Made by a program: the position numbers and the translations under genes. The notes under the pieces are model-generated. The model saw only the letters and a list, made by a program, of their open reading frames with translations. It was not told the origin of the DNA and did not search any database. From Anaeromyxobacter sp. (GTDB taxonomy: Bacteria > Myxococcota > Myxococcia > Myxococcales > Anaeromyxobacteraceae), in assembly GCA_049840735.1 (NCBI GenBank), contig JASGJN010000022.1, forward strand, positions 736,001-800,000: a stretch of DNA of 64,000 nt. The letters run 5' to 3'. Each line of letters starts with the position of its first letter. Position 1 is the first letter of the stretch. Of this stretch, positions 21,721 through 34,061 are shown one piece after another.

Positions 21721-22717
21721 ATGCACGGCAACCTGCACCAGCTCACCTTCGACTCGCCGGCGCTGGCCGGCAACCCGCTGCAGGACCCGGCGCGCCGCTC
21801 GCTGCTGGTCTGGACGCCGCCCGGCGGCGGGCGCGGGCTGCCGCTGGTGGTCTTCCTGCACGGCTTCAGCGGCAGCGGCCGGGGCTGGCTCAACACCAGC
21901 CTCTTCCAGCCCACCGTGCCGGAGCGGATCGCGGCCCAGGTCGAGGCCGGGCAGCTGCCGCCCTTCGTGGCCGCCTTCCCGGACGGCGCCACGCGCCTGG
22001 GCGGCACGCAGTGGATCGACGCGCCGGCGGTGGGGCGCTACCAGGCGTACATCGCCGACGACGTGGTCCGGCTGCTGGAGGGCGAGCTGGGCACGCTGGC
22101 GCGGCCCGAGGCGCGGGCGGTGATCGGCAAGAGCTCGGGGGGCTACGGCGCGCTCTGCATGGCGCGCGACCGCGCCGACGTCTTCGGGCACGTGGCCTGC
22201 CACTCCGGCGACGCCTGCTTCGAGTACGCATACCAAGGCGACTTCCCGCGCGCCGCGGGCGCGCTGCTCGGCGCGAAGGATCCGGCGGAGTGGCTGGAGG
22301 CGGCCCGCCGCCGCGCCGGCCGAGACCAAGCTCAGGGGCGACTATCACCCGGTGCTCAACACGCTGGCCATGGCGGCCCACTACTCGCCCGAGCCGGGCG
22401 CGCCGCTGGGGCTGGCGCTCCCCTTCGAGCGCGAGACCGCCCGCCCGCGGCCGGAGGTGTGGGCCCGCTGGCTGGAGCACGACCCGGTCCGCTTCGTGCC
22501 CCGCTCACTGGAGGCCTTCCGCAAGCTCTCGACGGTCTTCGTGGACTGCGGCACGCGCGACGAGTTCAACCTGCGCTGGGGCGCCCGGATGGTGGTGGAG
22601 AGCCTGCGCGCCGGCGGGGTGGAGGTCGTCCACGAGGAGTTCGAGGACGGCCACATGGGCATCAACTACCGGTATGACCGGTCGCTGGCGGTGATCGCGC
22701 CGCGGCTGGGGCGGTGA
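21721..22717 (+). CDS. Putative esterase (Fes-like alpha/beta hydrolase); frameshift at ~22320
   Basis: GKSSGGYG nucleophile elbow, DCGTRDEFNL, GHMGINYRY. Confidence 0.85.
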
Positions 22718-23195
22718 GACGGGCGCCGGCTGCTGGAGCACAATTCGCTCCCAGGGGTGCACCATCCGCGCAGTCCCTCGGTCGGGCGCGGCGGGAGTCC
22801 GCCGGTCTGCCCAAGGGATTCCCTCGCGGTGTGTCCAATCGGCCCGAGCGGATTCCCATCGGCGTCGTCCCTACGCGCCTCCGGAACGGCCGCTTCGCTC
22901 GGACTTGCTGCGGCCCGGCTGTGCGGAGCGCTCCGCGCGCGGGCCGGACTCCGTGTCATCGCGAGCCGGGCACAACGCAGGCCCCACGCCGACCAGTGAG
23001 TGGTCCACTCCCGCGCCGTATTGGAAGGCGGCGGTCGGCGAGGGGCCTTTGACGGTGCCCGGTTCGCACCGCTGGGCGCGTGCCGCGCGCGTGCCTGGTG
23101 AGCGCGTGATGCGGGCCTGCCGCGGAAGTCCTCGCTTCGCGGCCGTCCTGCGGCGCTCCGGACCGGCGAGGCCTTCGCGGCGCGGTCGGGAAACC

Positions 23196-24373
23196 TCACA
23201 CCGGCGCCGGCTGCTCCTGCGCGCCGGGCCGGCCCACCTCCACCGCCGGCAGGGCGGCGAAGGCCACCACGGCGCGCCAGAGCGCCTCGAAGACCTTGCG
23301 GTTGAAGCCGGTGCCGGAGGTGAGCCAGTCGTGGTGCGGCGGCACGTGGGTGGCGTGGTCGAAGTGGCCGAGCACGTCGAGGTGGTCGGCCCAGACGGCG
23401 GCGATCACCTGGCCCCAGACCTGGCTCAGGGTGGGAACCATGCCGTCGTTGGCGGCCGCGCCGAGTGGGGGCGCCGAAGGCCCGGTCCAGCGCGGCCAGC
23501 CGCGGGTCCCCGGCCAGCGCGGTGAAGCGGGAGGCCTCGCCGCGCGCCAGCCGGTGCAGCGCCAGGTAGAGCGCGTGGCTGGCCTGCGCGTACGGGGAGA
23601 GGCCGGTGCGCAGGAAGGAGCGCAGCCCGGGCGGCGAGGCGCGGGTCACGACGCAGCCGTAACGCACGCCGGGGCGGTCGTGGGTGGAGGCGTCGAAGAG
23701 GTCCATGCCGGCCGGCGTGAGCTGGGGGAGCAGGTCCTGGTCCGACTCCAGGCTCCCCAGGAACTCGCGCAGCGCCAGGCGGCGGTCCAGCTCGAAGTCG
23801 AGCAGCAGGCCGTCCAGCAGCTGCGTCACGGCGCTCGCGGAGGTGCGCACGCCGGCCACCAGCCGCAAGAGCTGCAGCAGCGCCGAGAGCGGCAGGTGGC
23901 CCGCCTGCACGGCGTAGATGGTGGCCACCGACAGGGCCTTCAGGATTTGCTGGCCCAGCAGGTTGTTGAAGAAGTGGGCCACCGGCGTGCCCCGGTGCGG
24001 CGCCGACACGGTGATGATCGGAGCGCACCTGGCGCGCCACCGCCTCGACGTCCACCTCCGTGGGCAGGTCGGCGTCGGGGGTGACCAGCAGCCGCGCGTC
24101 GAGCCCGCCGCTGGAGTGGCCGATGATGCTGAGCGTCCCGCCGTGCCGGTCCAGCACGTCGTGGGCGGCGCGGGCCAGGGCCGCCGCCCGCAGCCGGAGC
24201 GAGGCGGTGGGGACGGTGCGGACCACCACCCGCTCGCCGTCTAGCCCGGCGGGCGGGCCCAGCGCCGCCAGCACGGCGCGGACGTGCTCCCAGTAGGCGA
24301 AGTCTCCGAAGCTGGTGAACCCGAAGAACCCGGGGACCAGCAGCACGTGGTGCGGGCCGGTGGCGGGAGACAT
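23196..24373 (-). CDS. Lipase/esterase-family alpha/beta hydrolase; frameshifts near 24020 and 23468
   Basis: LVPGFFGF, IGHSSGGLDAR, APHRGTP, NDGMVPT, ADHLDVLGHF. Confidence 0.8.
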
Positions 24374-24509
24374 GCGGGAAGGGTAGCGCAGGGCGGGGAG
24401 GAGTGACGTCACTCCCAGGGCGCGCGGCGGGGCGTCCGGCCCCCCCAAGCAGCGCGGCGTGCCCACGAAGGAGCACGCCGCGCGTGAGGTCAGCGGCGCT
24501 TCAGGGCGC

Positions 24510-25742
<1,233 letters not shown>

Positions 25743-25759
25743 TCGCGTGTCCTCCGCGG

Positions 25760-26992
25760 CTAGAAGATTTGCCCCAGCCACTCCTTCATCCGCCCCTTCA
25801 CCTTCCGGTACACGTTCTCGTCGCGGATCTTGAAGTAGGGGCTCTCGTCCTGCTGCCCGACGCCGTAGATCACCAGGCCCACCGCGGTGGCGTACATCGG
25901 GCTCTTCACCACGTCGACCAGGCCGCCGATGCCGCGCGGCAGGCCGCGGCGCACCGGGATGCCCAGCACCTCCTCGGCCATCTCGGGCATGCCGGCGAGC
26001 AGCGTGGAGCCGCCGGTGATCACCACGCCGGAGGCCAAGAGCTCCTCCATCCCGCACTTCTGGACCTCGTGCTGGACCAGCATGAAGATCTCCTCCACCC
26101 GCGGCTCGACGATCTCGGCCAGGATGTGGCGGGAGAGGACGCGGGGGGAGCCCCCGCCCACGCTCGGGACCTCGATGGTCTCGGACTTGTCCACCATCGA
26201 CGCCATCGCGCAGCCGTACTGCTTCTTGAGCCGCTCGGCCTCATGGGTGGGCGTGCGCAGCCCGACCGCCACGTCGTTGGTCAGGTGGTTGCCCCCCAGC
26301 GAGATGACGGCCGTGTGCTGGATGGAGCCGTTGTGGAAGATGGCGATGTCGGTCGTGCCGCCGCCGATGTCCACCAGGCAGACGCCCAGCTCCTTCTCGT
26401 CGTCGGAGAGGGTGGCCAGCGACGAGGCCAGGGGCTGCAGCACGATGTCGGCCACGTTGAGGCCGGTCCGCTGCGCGCACTTGACGATGTTCTGGGCCGA
26501 GGAGACCGCGCCGGTGACGATCAGCGCCTTGGCCTCCAGGCGCACGCCGCTCATCCCGACCGGCTCCTTCACGCCGTCCTGGTCATCGACCACGAACTCC
26601 TGCGGGAGCACGTGGATGACCTCGCGGTCGAGCGGGATGGCCACGGCCTTGGCCTGGTCGATGACCCGGTCCACGTCCTGCTGCCGGACCTCCTTGTCCT
26701 TCACGGCCACCACGCCGTGGGACGGGAAGGCCTTGATGTGGCCGCCGGCGATGCCGGTGTAGACGGTGGTGATCTCGCACCCCGCCATGTGCTCGGCCTC
26801 CTCGATCGCCCGCTTGATCGAGGCGACGGTGGCGTCGATGTTGACCACCACGCCCTTCCGCAGCCCCTTCGACGGGTGCGAGCCGATGCCGATGATGTCG
26901 ATCGTGCCCTCGTCGGTCACCTCGCCGACGATGGCGCAGATCTTGGTCGTGCCGATGTCCAGGCCGACGAGGATGTCGCCGCTCTTCGCCAT
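25760..26992 (-). CDS. ftsA: Cell division protein FtsA
   Basis: [25 protein letters not shown]. Confidence 0.98.
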   Translation of the reverse strand: MAKSGDILVGLDIGTTKICAIVGEVTDEGTIDIIGIGSHPSKGLRKGVVVNIDATVASIKRAIEEAEHMAGCEITTVYTGIAGGHIKAFPSHGVVAVKDKEVRQQDVDRVIDQAKAVAIPLDREVIHVLPQEFVVDDQDGVKEPVGMSGVRLEAKALIVTGAVSSAQNIVKCAQRTGLNVADIVLQPLASSLATLSDDEKELGVCLVDIGGGTTDIAIFHNGSIQHTAVISLGGNHLTNDVAVGLRTPTHEAERLKKQYGCAMASMVDKSETIEVPSVGGGSPRVLSRHILAEIVEPRVEEIFMLVQHEVQKCGMEELLASGVVITGGSTLLAGMPEMAEEVLGIPVRRGLPRGIGGLVDVVKSPMYATAVGLVIYGVGQQDESPYFKIRDENVYRKVKGRMKEWLGQIF

Positions 26993-27103
26993 TGCCACCA
27001 CCTCCGGGCGAGGTTGCGCTCTCGCGCTCCGCCCACGCGGGCCCTCTCGGGCCCTTCCACCCAACCCGGCGCACGAGCGAGCGCGCGCCGGGACCACCAC
27101 CAC

Positions 27104-27916
27104 CTACGAGCCCGCCCCCGCGAACCGCACCGCCACCCAGTCCGGGTGGCGGCGGTTGTCGAGGTGGATCACCTCCGGGCGGCGCACCTCGGCGTCGAGC
27201 GCCGGGATGAGCCGCTCGAGGCGAGCGAGCTTGGCTTCCAGTTCCTTCTGGCCGAGCCGCACCTCGGTCCCGTCCGCCGTCCAGACGGTGGTGCCGAAGT
27301 CGGCGTCGACGTGGATCTCAGAGATCGGGAGGCGCGCCCCCAGCCCGTGGTCGGCCCAGGCGCGGGCCAGCGCCAGGGCGCCGGTGATGAGCGGCTCCAC
27401 CTCGGCGCGGCGCTCCAGCCAGGCCTCGCGGCCCAGGCCGGTGACGAGCGGCAGGTCCAGCCCATCGCCGGGCAGCGCGCGCTTGAACACCTCGCCGCCG
27501 TCGTCCACCAGGTAGAGCTCGCCCAGCGAGACCAGCGCCGCCGGGTGGCGCTCGGTCACGGTGATCTCGACCGCGGCCGGGAGCTTGCGCCGCACCTGCA
27601 CCCGGCCGACCCAGGGCTGGCGGCGCGCGGCCGCCTCGACCGCCTCCGGGTCCACCGAGAGCAGGTGGTCGCCGAGCCGCAGCGGCAGCGAGGCCAGCAG
27701 GTCCTCGGGGACGGTGCGCGACGCGCCGGTGATGCGGATGGCCTGGACGCGGAGCAGCGGGCCCTCGACGCCGACGCGCCAGCCCAGCCAGCCCAGGGTG
27801 GCCAGCGCGGTCACGGCCAGCACCGCGGGCGCGGCCAGGCGCAGCGCGCGGCCTGCCAGGCGCCGCCGCTCTCCTGGAACCCTGTCCACCCGCCGCCGGT
27901 TCGGACCCCGCGCCAC
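27104..27916 (-). CDS. ftsQ: Cell division protein FtsQ/DivIB
   Basis: TM plus POTRA domain (PWVGRVQVRRKLP...VTERHP); directly upstream of ftsA. Confidence 0.9.
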   Translation of the reverse strand: MARGPNRRRVDRVPGERRRLAGRALRLAAPAVLAVTALATLGWLGWRVGVEGPLLRVQAIRITGASRTVPEDLLASLPLRLGDHLLSVDPEAVEAAARRQPWVGRVQVRRKLPAAVEITVTERHPAALVSLGELYLVDDGGEVFKRALPGDGLDLPLVTGLGREAWLERRAEVEPLITGALALARAWADHGLGARLPISEIHVDADFGTTVWTADGTEVRLGQKELEAKLARLERLIPALDAEVRRPEVIHLDNRRHPDWVAVRFAGAGS

Positions 27917-28024
27917 CGCCGCTCCCGCCGCCCGTGGTCACCGCCCGCCCACGCGCCCCGGGCCGAGGACGGGCCGGGGTGGACGTGGGAGGGGCGGCGC
28001 TTCCAGGCGCTATCGCCCGACCGC

Positions 28025-28052
28025 AGCATGCCCGCGATCCGGCGCCGGGCAA
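28025..28052 (-). promoter_or_regulatory. Possible sigma70 promoter for ftsQAZ
   Basis: Minus strand TTGCCC-N16-CATGCT. Confidence 0.3.
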
Positions 28053-28213
28053 GTTTTCGTCCAAGGGCCCTAGGGGGCAGGGGGAAGTGTGCGCCAGGAA
28101 ACCGCCGTCAGATCGCGGCCGGGGAGTCGCTTCCGCGCCGCGGATCGTGAACAATGAGGCCATCCATCCCGTCCCGATCACGGCGGTCCGATCCGAGCCC
28201 CGAGGGCCCTGAC

Positions 28214-28552
28214 ATGCGGTTCCACCCCGTCCCAGCGATCCTCGCCGCCGCGGCGCTGCTCTCCGCGCCGGCGCTCATCGCGGCCGCCCCATCCCGCGGC
28301 CCGGTCCGCAAGTCCGAGGCGGTGTCGACCCACGCGCCCTATGCCGCGGGCCAGTGCTCCCGCTGCCACGTGCGCGACAACCCCAATGATCCCGGGCCGG
28401 CGCCCCCGTTCGACGAGGGCTGCCTGGAGTGCCACGAGGACTTCAAGGGCCCGGTGCAGCTGGACAGCGGCCCGCACCCGACCGGCGGCGACAAGCTCTG
28501 CGTCGACTGCCACAACGCGCACAACGCGCCGAAGAAGCACCTGCTGATGTAG
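28214..28552 (+). CDS. Small triheme cytochrome c
   Basis: Signal peptide; CSRCH, CLECH, CVDCH. Confidence 0.88.
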   Translation: MRFHPVPAILAAAALLSAPALIAAAPSRGPVRKSEAVSTHAPYAAGQCSRCHVRDNPNDPGPAPPFDEGCLECHEDFKGPVQLDSGPHPTGGDKLCVDCHNAHNAPKKHLLM

Positions 28553-28704
28553 GAGGGCGGGCTCCGGACGCACACACGGTGGTGCGGCCACTTGCTCCGC
28601 TTGCACGGGATCAAGTCCTGCGACCCGGGGGTCGCCGAATATCCGCGGCGTTGCCGTAAGATCCAAGGCCTCGAGTCCACGGGGTCCACAGGAGCGGGGA
28701 AGTC

Positions 28705-29760
28705 ATGCATACGCGCCTCATCCAGCTGGCGGCACTCGTCCTGGCGCTGGCCGCGCCGCTGCAGGGGTTGGCGGCTGCGCCGGGCGGGACCAAGAAGTTC
28801 CCGGTGCGCCGCGGCGCGGCCGTGAAGCCGCTCGCCAGCGCCCGGTTCGCCCACGCGCCCTTCTCCGACGGGGACTGCGCGCTCTGCCACCAGTCCAGCG
28901 ATCCCGCCAGGCCCGGACCGGTCCGCAAGGCCAGCATCAACGAGGGCTGCTTCGACTGCCACGAGGCCTCGCGGGAGACCATGGCGCGCAAGGTGAAGCA
29001 CGCGCCCTCCGCCGAGGCCTGCACCGACTGCCACAACCCGCACAACAGCAACGAGCCGGGCCTGCTGCACATGGACCAGGTCACGCTCTGCACCAAGTGC
29101 CACGGCGCGGTGCGCGCCCAGCTGGCCAGCGCCAAGGTGACCCACGGGGCCATGAACGGCGAGAACCGCTGCTCGGCCTGCCACGACCCGCACGCCACGC
29201 AGACCGACGGCCTGCTGCTGGCCTCGCCCATGGCGCTCTGCCTGGACTGCCACGACAAGGACGGCATGACCGCCACCGACGGCGCGCCGCTCACCAACTT
29301 CAAGAAGTGGCTGGAGAAGGCGCCGAACTGGCACGAGCCGGTCAAGAACAAGGACTGCGCCGCCTGCCACCGCGTCCACGGCGGCGACCGCTTCCGCCTG
29401 CTCACCGCCGCCTACCCGGAGAAGTTCTACGCGCCCTGGGACGCGAAGAGCTACGCGCTCTGCTTCAACTGCCACGACGAGAAGCTGGTGTCCGAGGCCA
29501 GCACCACCTCCAGCACCCTCTTCCGCAGCGGCAAGCGCAACCTCCACACCCTCCACGTGGCCAAGGCCCGCGGCCTCACCTGCCGCGCCTGCCACGAGTC
29601 GCACGCCGCCCAGCACGAGCACGGCATCCGCGACGTCGTGCCGTACGGCGACGCCAACTACGCGTTGAAGGTGGGCTACTCGAGGACGGCCACGGGCGGG
29701 ACCTGCACCAAGACCTGCCACGAGACCCAGACGTACGACAACACCTCGGTCGTCCGGTGA
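28705..29760 (+). CDS. Multiheme cytochrome c (9 CxxCH plus 1 CxxxCH; paired-CXXCH type)
   Basis: Signal peptide; CALCH, CFDCH, CTDCH, CTKCH, CSACH, CLDCH, CAACH, CFNCH, CRACH, CTKTCH. Confidence 0.93.
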   Translation: MHTRLIQLAALVLALAAPLQGLAAAPGGTKKFPVRRGAAVKPLASARFAHAPFSDGDCALCHQSSDPARPGPVRKASINEGCFDCHEASRETMARKVKHAPSAEACTDCHNPHNSNEPGLLHMDQVTLCTKCHGAVRAQLASAKVTHGAMNGENRCSACHDPHATQTDGLLLASPMALCLDCHDKDGMTATDGAPLTNFKKWLEKAPNWHEPVKNKDCAACHRVHGGDRFRLLTAAYPEKFYAPWDAKSYALCFNCHDEKLVSEASTTSSTLFRSGKRNLHTLHVAKARGLTCRACHESHAAQHEHGIRDVVPYGDANYALKVGYSRTATGGTCTKTCHETQTYDNTSVVR

Positions 29761-29768
29761 GGCCAGCC

Positions 29769-30575
29769 ATGAACCACCGCATCCGCACCCTCGCCGCCGC
29801 CGCCCTCCTGCTCATGGCCGGGGCCGGCCGCGCCGCCGCCGCCCAGGTCGAGGACACCGAGCTCGCCACCATCAACGGCGGCTACGAGCCGCTGCTCGGG
29901 ACCGGCGCCAAGGTCAACGCCCTGGTCTTCTTCCGCAGCGACCAGGACCGCTCCTTCGACGCCCTCCGGCAGCTGGCCGGGGCCGAGCGCGAGTTCTCCA
30001 GCAAGCCGGTCCACTGGGTGGCGGTCATCTCCGGCGGCGCCTCGCTGGAGAACGTGAAGGCCGCCACCGCCGCCACCGGCGCGCAGATGCCGGTGGTGGT
30101 GGACATGGGCGACCGCATCTTCCGGGCCCTGGGCGTGGCCGGCTACCCCACGGTGATCTACGCGGACGGCGCCGGCCGGGTGACGGCCATGGACCTGTAC
30201 GCCGGGGGCGACCTGCGGGCCATGGCCGCCGGGCGCATCCGCTTCGGCCTGGGCGAGATTGACAAGGCCGCGATGGAGCGGGCCATGGCAGGCGACGCCG
30301 AGGGCATGGCCGGCCCGGATCCGGCCAAGAAGGCCATGACCAACGTGAACATGGCCAGGAAGCTCTACGCGCTGGGGCTGTACGCCAAGGCGGTGAAGCA
30401 GGCCCAGCGGGCGCTGGAGCAGGCCCCGGTGCCGGCCGCCTACACCGTGATCGGCGCCTCCTACGCCAGGCTCGGGCTCTGCCCGGACGCGAAGAAGATG
30501 CTGGACCAGTCGGCCAAGCTCGACCCCGGCAACGAGGAGGCCGCCGCGGCGCGCGCCTCCTGCGGGTTCAAGTAG
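29769..30575 (+). CDS. Exported thioredoxin-like fold (no CxxC) plus TPR protein
   Basis: Signal peptide; PVVVDMGDRIFRALGVAGYPTVIYADGAG redoxin-like segment; C-terminal TPR. Confidence 0.7.
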   Translation: MNHRIRTLAAAALLLMAGAGRAAAAQVEDTELATINGGYEPLLGTGAKVNALVFFRSDQDRSFDALRQLAGAEREFSSKPVHWVAVISGGASLENVKAATAATGAQMPVVVDMGDRIFRALGVAGYPTVIYADGAGRVTAMDLYAGGDLRAMAAGRIRFGLGEIDKAAMERAMAGDAEGMAGPDPAKKAMTNVNMARKLYALGLYAKAVKQAQRALEQAPVPAAYTVIGASYARLGLCPDAKKMLDQSAKLDPGNEEAAAARASCGFK

Positions 30576-30614
30576 GCCGGACGAGCCGGTTCGGGAGACA
30601 CGGGAAGGCGGCGC

Positions 30615-31541
30615 TCACGCCTTCAGCGCCGCCGAGTCCAGCAGCCGCTCGCACAGCTCGGGGAAGGGGATGCCGTTGCCGGCGGCGATCTTCGGGACCA
30701 GCGAGGTGGCGGTCATCCCGGGGAGCGTGTTGACCTCCAGGATGTAGGGGGTGCCGTCCTCGGTGAGGATGAAGTCGGTGCGGGTGACGCCGGCGCAGCC
30801 CAGGCCGCGGTGGGCCACCTCGGCCGCCTCCATCACCACGCGCGTGTGGGCCTCGGAGATGCGGGCCGGGTAGAAGTACTGGGTGGTGCCGGCGGTGTAC
30901 TTGGCGGCGTAGTCGTAGAAGGCGTTGGCCGGGACCACCTCGATGGCGCCCAGCGCGCGGCCGTCCAGCACCGCCACCTGGATCTCCTTGCCCTTCACGT
31001 ACCGCTCGATGATCACGTCGCCCTTGAAGCGGGCGGCGTCCTGGCAGGCGGCGCCGAGCGCGGCCGCGTCCTGCACCAGGTGGACGCCCACGCTGGAGCC
31101 CTCGCCGGAGGGCTTCACCACGCAGGGCAGGCCGAAGGCCAGGTCGGCCACCGTCACCGCGGCGGCGCGCTCGCGGGGCAGGACCAGCTGGTCCGTGACC
31201 ACCAGGCCCAGGGAGCGGAAGAGCGCCTTGCAGACCACCTTGTCCATGCCCATGGACGAGGCCAGCACGCCCGAGCCGGTGTAGGGGATGCCCATGGCCT
31301 CCAGCAGCCCCTGGATGCAGCCGTCCTCGCCAAAGCGCCCGTGCAGCGCGATGAAGGCCACGTCCGCCCCCACCTCGCGCAGCCTCGCGGCCACGTCCAG
31401 GTCCACGTCCACCAGCGCCACGTCCAGGCCGCGCGTGCGCAGCGCCTCGGCGCAGGCGGCGCCGGTCTTGAGCGACACCTCGCGCTCGGTGGAACGCCCG
31501 CCGTAAAGCACCGCGACCTTCTTGCCAGACCATTTGCTCAT
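30615..31541 (-). CDS. ddl: D-alanine--D-alanine ligase
   Basis: GGRSTEREVSL, LHGRFGEDG, LEVNTLPGMT. Confidence 0.97.
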   Translation of the reverse strand: MSKWSGKKVAVLYGGRSTEREVSLKTGAACAEALRTRGLDVALVDVDLDVAARLREVGADVAFIALHGRFGEDGCIQGLLEAMGIPYTGSGVLASSMGMDKVVCKALFRSLGLVVTDQLVLPRERAAAVTVADLAFGLPCVVKPSGEGSSVGVHLVQDAAALGAACQDAARFKGDVIIERYVKGKEIQVAVLDGRALGAIEVVPANAFYDYAAKYTAGTTQYFYPARISEAHTRVVMEAAEVAHRGLGCAGVTRTDFILTEDGTPYILEVNTLPGMTATSLVPKIAAGNGIPFPELCERLLDSAALKA

Positions 31542-31566
31542 AGGCTTGCCCGCTTCCTATCCGTTA

Positions 31567-31723
31567 ACGGGGGCTGCGCCCCCGCCCCGCCGGCAGAGCC
31601 GTCGGGGCCCCACCCCTGCTGCGCTGGGTCCCGGCGCGCTGCGGCCTTCGGCCTTGCGCGCGACCCAGCGCCGAGGGGGCTGCGCCCCCTCCCCCGGCCA
31701 CATGCCGGGGCCCCCACCCCGCA
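31567..31723 (-). repeat. Composite repeat: two copies of the dispersed element flanking a hairpin
   Basis: Copies at 31567-31619 and 31675-31723; spacer hairpin CGCTGGGTC...GACCCAGCG. Confidence 0.8.
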
Positions 31724-31732
31724 TCGCCGATC

Positions 31733-32656
31733 TCATTCGTCCGGCAGCTCCCCCGGCGCGAACGCGCCCAGGAACCGCACCTCGGTCTCGAGCCGCACAC
31801 CGCTCGCCGCCAGCACCCGCTGGCGCGCCAGGCGGATCAGCGCCAGCACGTCGGCGGCGGTGGCGCCGCCCAGGTTGGTGACGAAGTTGGCGTGCACCTC
31901 CGACCAGCAGGCGTTGCCGATCCGGTGCCCCTTGAGCCCCGCCGCCTCGATCAGCCGGCCGGCGAAGTCGCCGGGCGGGTTGGTGAAGGTGGAGCCGAAG
32001 GTGGGCTTGTCGAGCGGCTGCGTGGCCCAGCGCCGGTCGCGGTCGGCCTTCATGGCCGCGGCGCTCGCCGCCACGTCGCCGGGGCGGAGCGCCACCTCGA
32101 CCCTCGTCACCACCGCGCCGGGCGGGATGACCGCGTGGCGGTAGGCGAAGGCCAGCTGCGAGGCCGGCACGAAGCCGGCGCCGTCGGCGGTGGCCAGCTC
32201 CACCCGCGTCACCACGTCCTTCATCTCGCCCAGCCGCGTCCCGGCGTTCATGGCGGTGGCGCCGCCCAGCGTGCCGGGGATGCCGGCGATGAACTCCATG
32301 CCGGTGAGCCCCAGCGCGTGGGCACGCGCCGGCAGGCGCGCGCTGGGTGCGCCGGCGGAGAGCACCAGGGTGTGCCCCTGGCCCGACTCGCCCGGGAAGT
32401 CCTGCGGCAGCTTCAGCACCACGCCCCGCACGCCGGCGTCGGCCACCAGCGTGTTGGCGCCGCCGCCCAGCACCGCCAGCGGCACGCCCAGCGCGCGGGT
32501 GGCCGAGAGCAGCGCGGCCAGCGCGTCCGGGTCGGCCGGGCGCACCAGCAGGTCGACCGGGCCGCCCACGCGGATGGCGGTGCGGGTGGCCAGCGGCGCG
32601 TCGCGGAGCACCTCGCCCCGGACGCGGCGGGCGATCTCGTCCCTCCAGTCGGCCAC
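31733..32656 (-). CDS. murB: UDP-N-acetylenolpyruvoylglucosamine reductase
   Basis: GIPGTLGGATAMNAG, GSTFTNP, HANF, LETEV. Confidence 0.95.
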   Translation of the reverse strand: MADWRDEIARRVRGEVLRDAPLATRTAIRVGGPVDLLVRPADPDALAALLSATRALGVPLAVLGGGANTLVADAGVRGVVLKLPQDFPGESGQGHTLVLSAGAPSARLPARAHALGLTGMEFIAGIPGTLGGATAMNAGTRLGEMKDVVTRVELATADGAGFVPASQLAFAYRHAVIPPGAVVTRVEVALRPGDVAASAAAMKADRDRRWATQPLDKPTFGSTFTNPPGDFAGRLIEAAGLKGHRIGNACWSEVHANFVTNLGGATAADVLALIRLARQRVLAASGVRLETEVRFLGAFAPGELPDE

Positions 32657-34032
32657 TAGCGCTCCAGCAGCGCCAGCAGCTCGGGGCCGACCTGGGTCAC
32701 GTCGCCGGCCCCCAGCGTGAGGACGATGTCGCCGGGGCGGACGCGCTCGCGGGCGACGCGGGCCAGCTCGGCGCGCGGCACCAGCGACACGTCGCGGTGG
32801 CCCCAGGCGCGGACCGCCTCCACCAGGTGGGCCGAGGTGGCGCCGGGGATGGGCTCCTCGCCGGCCGCGTAGACGTCGGTGAGCAGCACCACGTCGGCGT
32901 CGTTGAAGGCGGTGGCGAACTCCGGCATCAGGTCGCGGGTGCGGGTGTAGCGGTGCGGCTGGAACACGCACACCACCCGCCGCTTGAAGGCGTCGCGGGC
33001 GCCGCGCAGGGTGGCCTTCACCTCGGCCGGGTGGTGGCCGTAGTCGTCCACCACCGTCACGCCGCCGGCCTCGCCGCGGACCGTGAAGCGCCGCTGCACG
33101 CCCTGGAAGCTGGCCAGCGCGCCCCGGATCACGTCGGGCGGGATGCCCATCTCGTCGCCCAGCGCCACCACCGAGAGCGCGTTGAGCGCGTTGTGGCGGC
33201 CCACCATGGCGACCTCGAACCGCCCCAGCGGCTCGCCGCGCTTGAAGGCCTCGAAGCGGACCGAGTGGCCGGAGACCTCGATGCCCTCGGCGCGGTAGTC
33301 GGCCTGGTGGCTCTCGCCGTAGGTGGCCACCCGCTTCTCCACGTCGGGGAGGAGCGACTGCACGGTGGGGTGGTCGATGCAGAGGATGGCCAGGCCGTAG
33401 AACGGCACCCGGTTCACGAAGTCGACGAACCCCTGCCGCAGCGCCTCCGGCGTCTTCCAGTGGTCGAGGTGCTCGGGGTCGATGTTGGTGACGATGGCGA
33501 TGGTGGGCGGGATGCGGAGGAAGGAGCCGTCCGACTCGTCCGCCTCCACCACCATGTAGTCGCCCTTGCCCAGCTTGGCGTTGGAGCCGAAGCCGTTCAC
33601 CTTGCCGCCCACCACCGCGGTCGGGTCCATGCCGGCGTGGGCCAGCAGGTGCGCGGCCATGGAGGTGGTGGTGGTCTTGCCGTGCGAGCCGGCGATGGCC
33701 ACGCCGTACTTGAGCCGCATGAGCTCGGCCAGCATCTCGGCGCGCGGGATGACCGGGACCTTCTGCCGGCGGGCCTCGACCACCTCGGGGTTGTCGCGCC
33801 GCACCGCCGAGGAGGTGACCACCACGTCGGCGTCCTGCACGTGCGCGGCCTCGTGGCCGGTGCAGATGCGCCCGCCCAGCGAGGCCAGCCGGCGGGTGGT
33901 GTCGCTGGCCTTCAGGTCGGAGCCGGAGACGCGGTAGCCGAGGTTGAGCAGCACCTCGGCGATGCCGCTCATGCCGATGCCGCCGATGCCGACGAAGTGG
34001 ATCTTGGCGGGACGCGAACGGAACAGGCTCAT
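32656..34032 (-). CDS. murC: UDP-N-acetylmuramate--L-alanine ligase
   Basis: [34 protein letters not shown]. Confidence 0.97.
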   Translation of the reverse strand: MSLFRSRPAKIHFVGIGGIGMSGIAEVLLNLGYRVSGSDLKASDTTRRLASLGGRICTGHEAAHVQDADVVVTSSAVRRDNPEVVEARRQKVPVIPRAEMLAELMRLKYGVAIAGSHGKTTTTSMAAHLLAHAGMDPTAVVGGKVNGFGSNAKLGKGDYMVVEADESDGSFLRIPPTIAIVTNIDPEHLDHWKTPEALRQGFVDFVNRVPFYGLAILCIDHPTVQSLLPDVEKRVATYGESHQADYRAEGIEVSGHSVRFEAFKRGEPLGRFEVAMVGRHNALNALSVVALGDEMGIPPDVIRGALASFQGVQRRFTVRGEAGGVTVVDDYGHHPAEVKATLRGARDAFKRRVVCVFQPHRYTRTRDLMPEFATAFNDADVVLLTDVYAAGEEPIPGATSAHLVEAVRAWGHRDVSLVPRAELARVARERVRPGDIVLTLGAGDVTQVGPELLALLER

Positions 34033-34061
34033 CGGAGCTCCTCGGAGCGGTCAGGCGGGGG

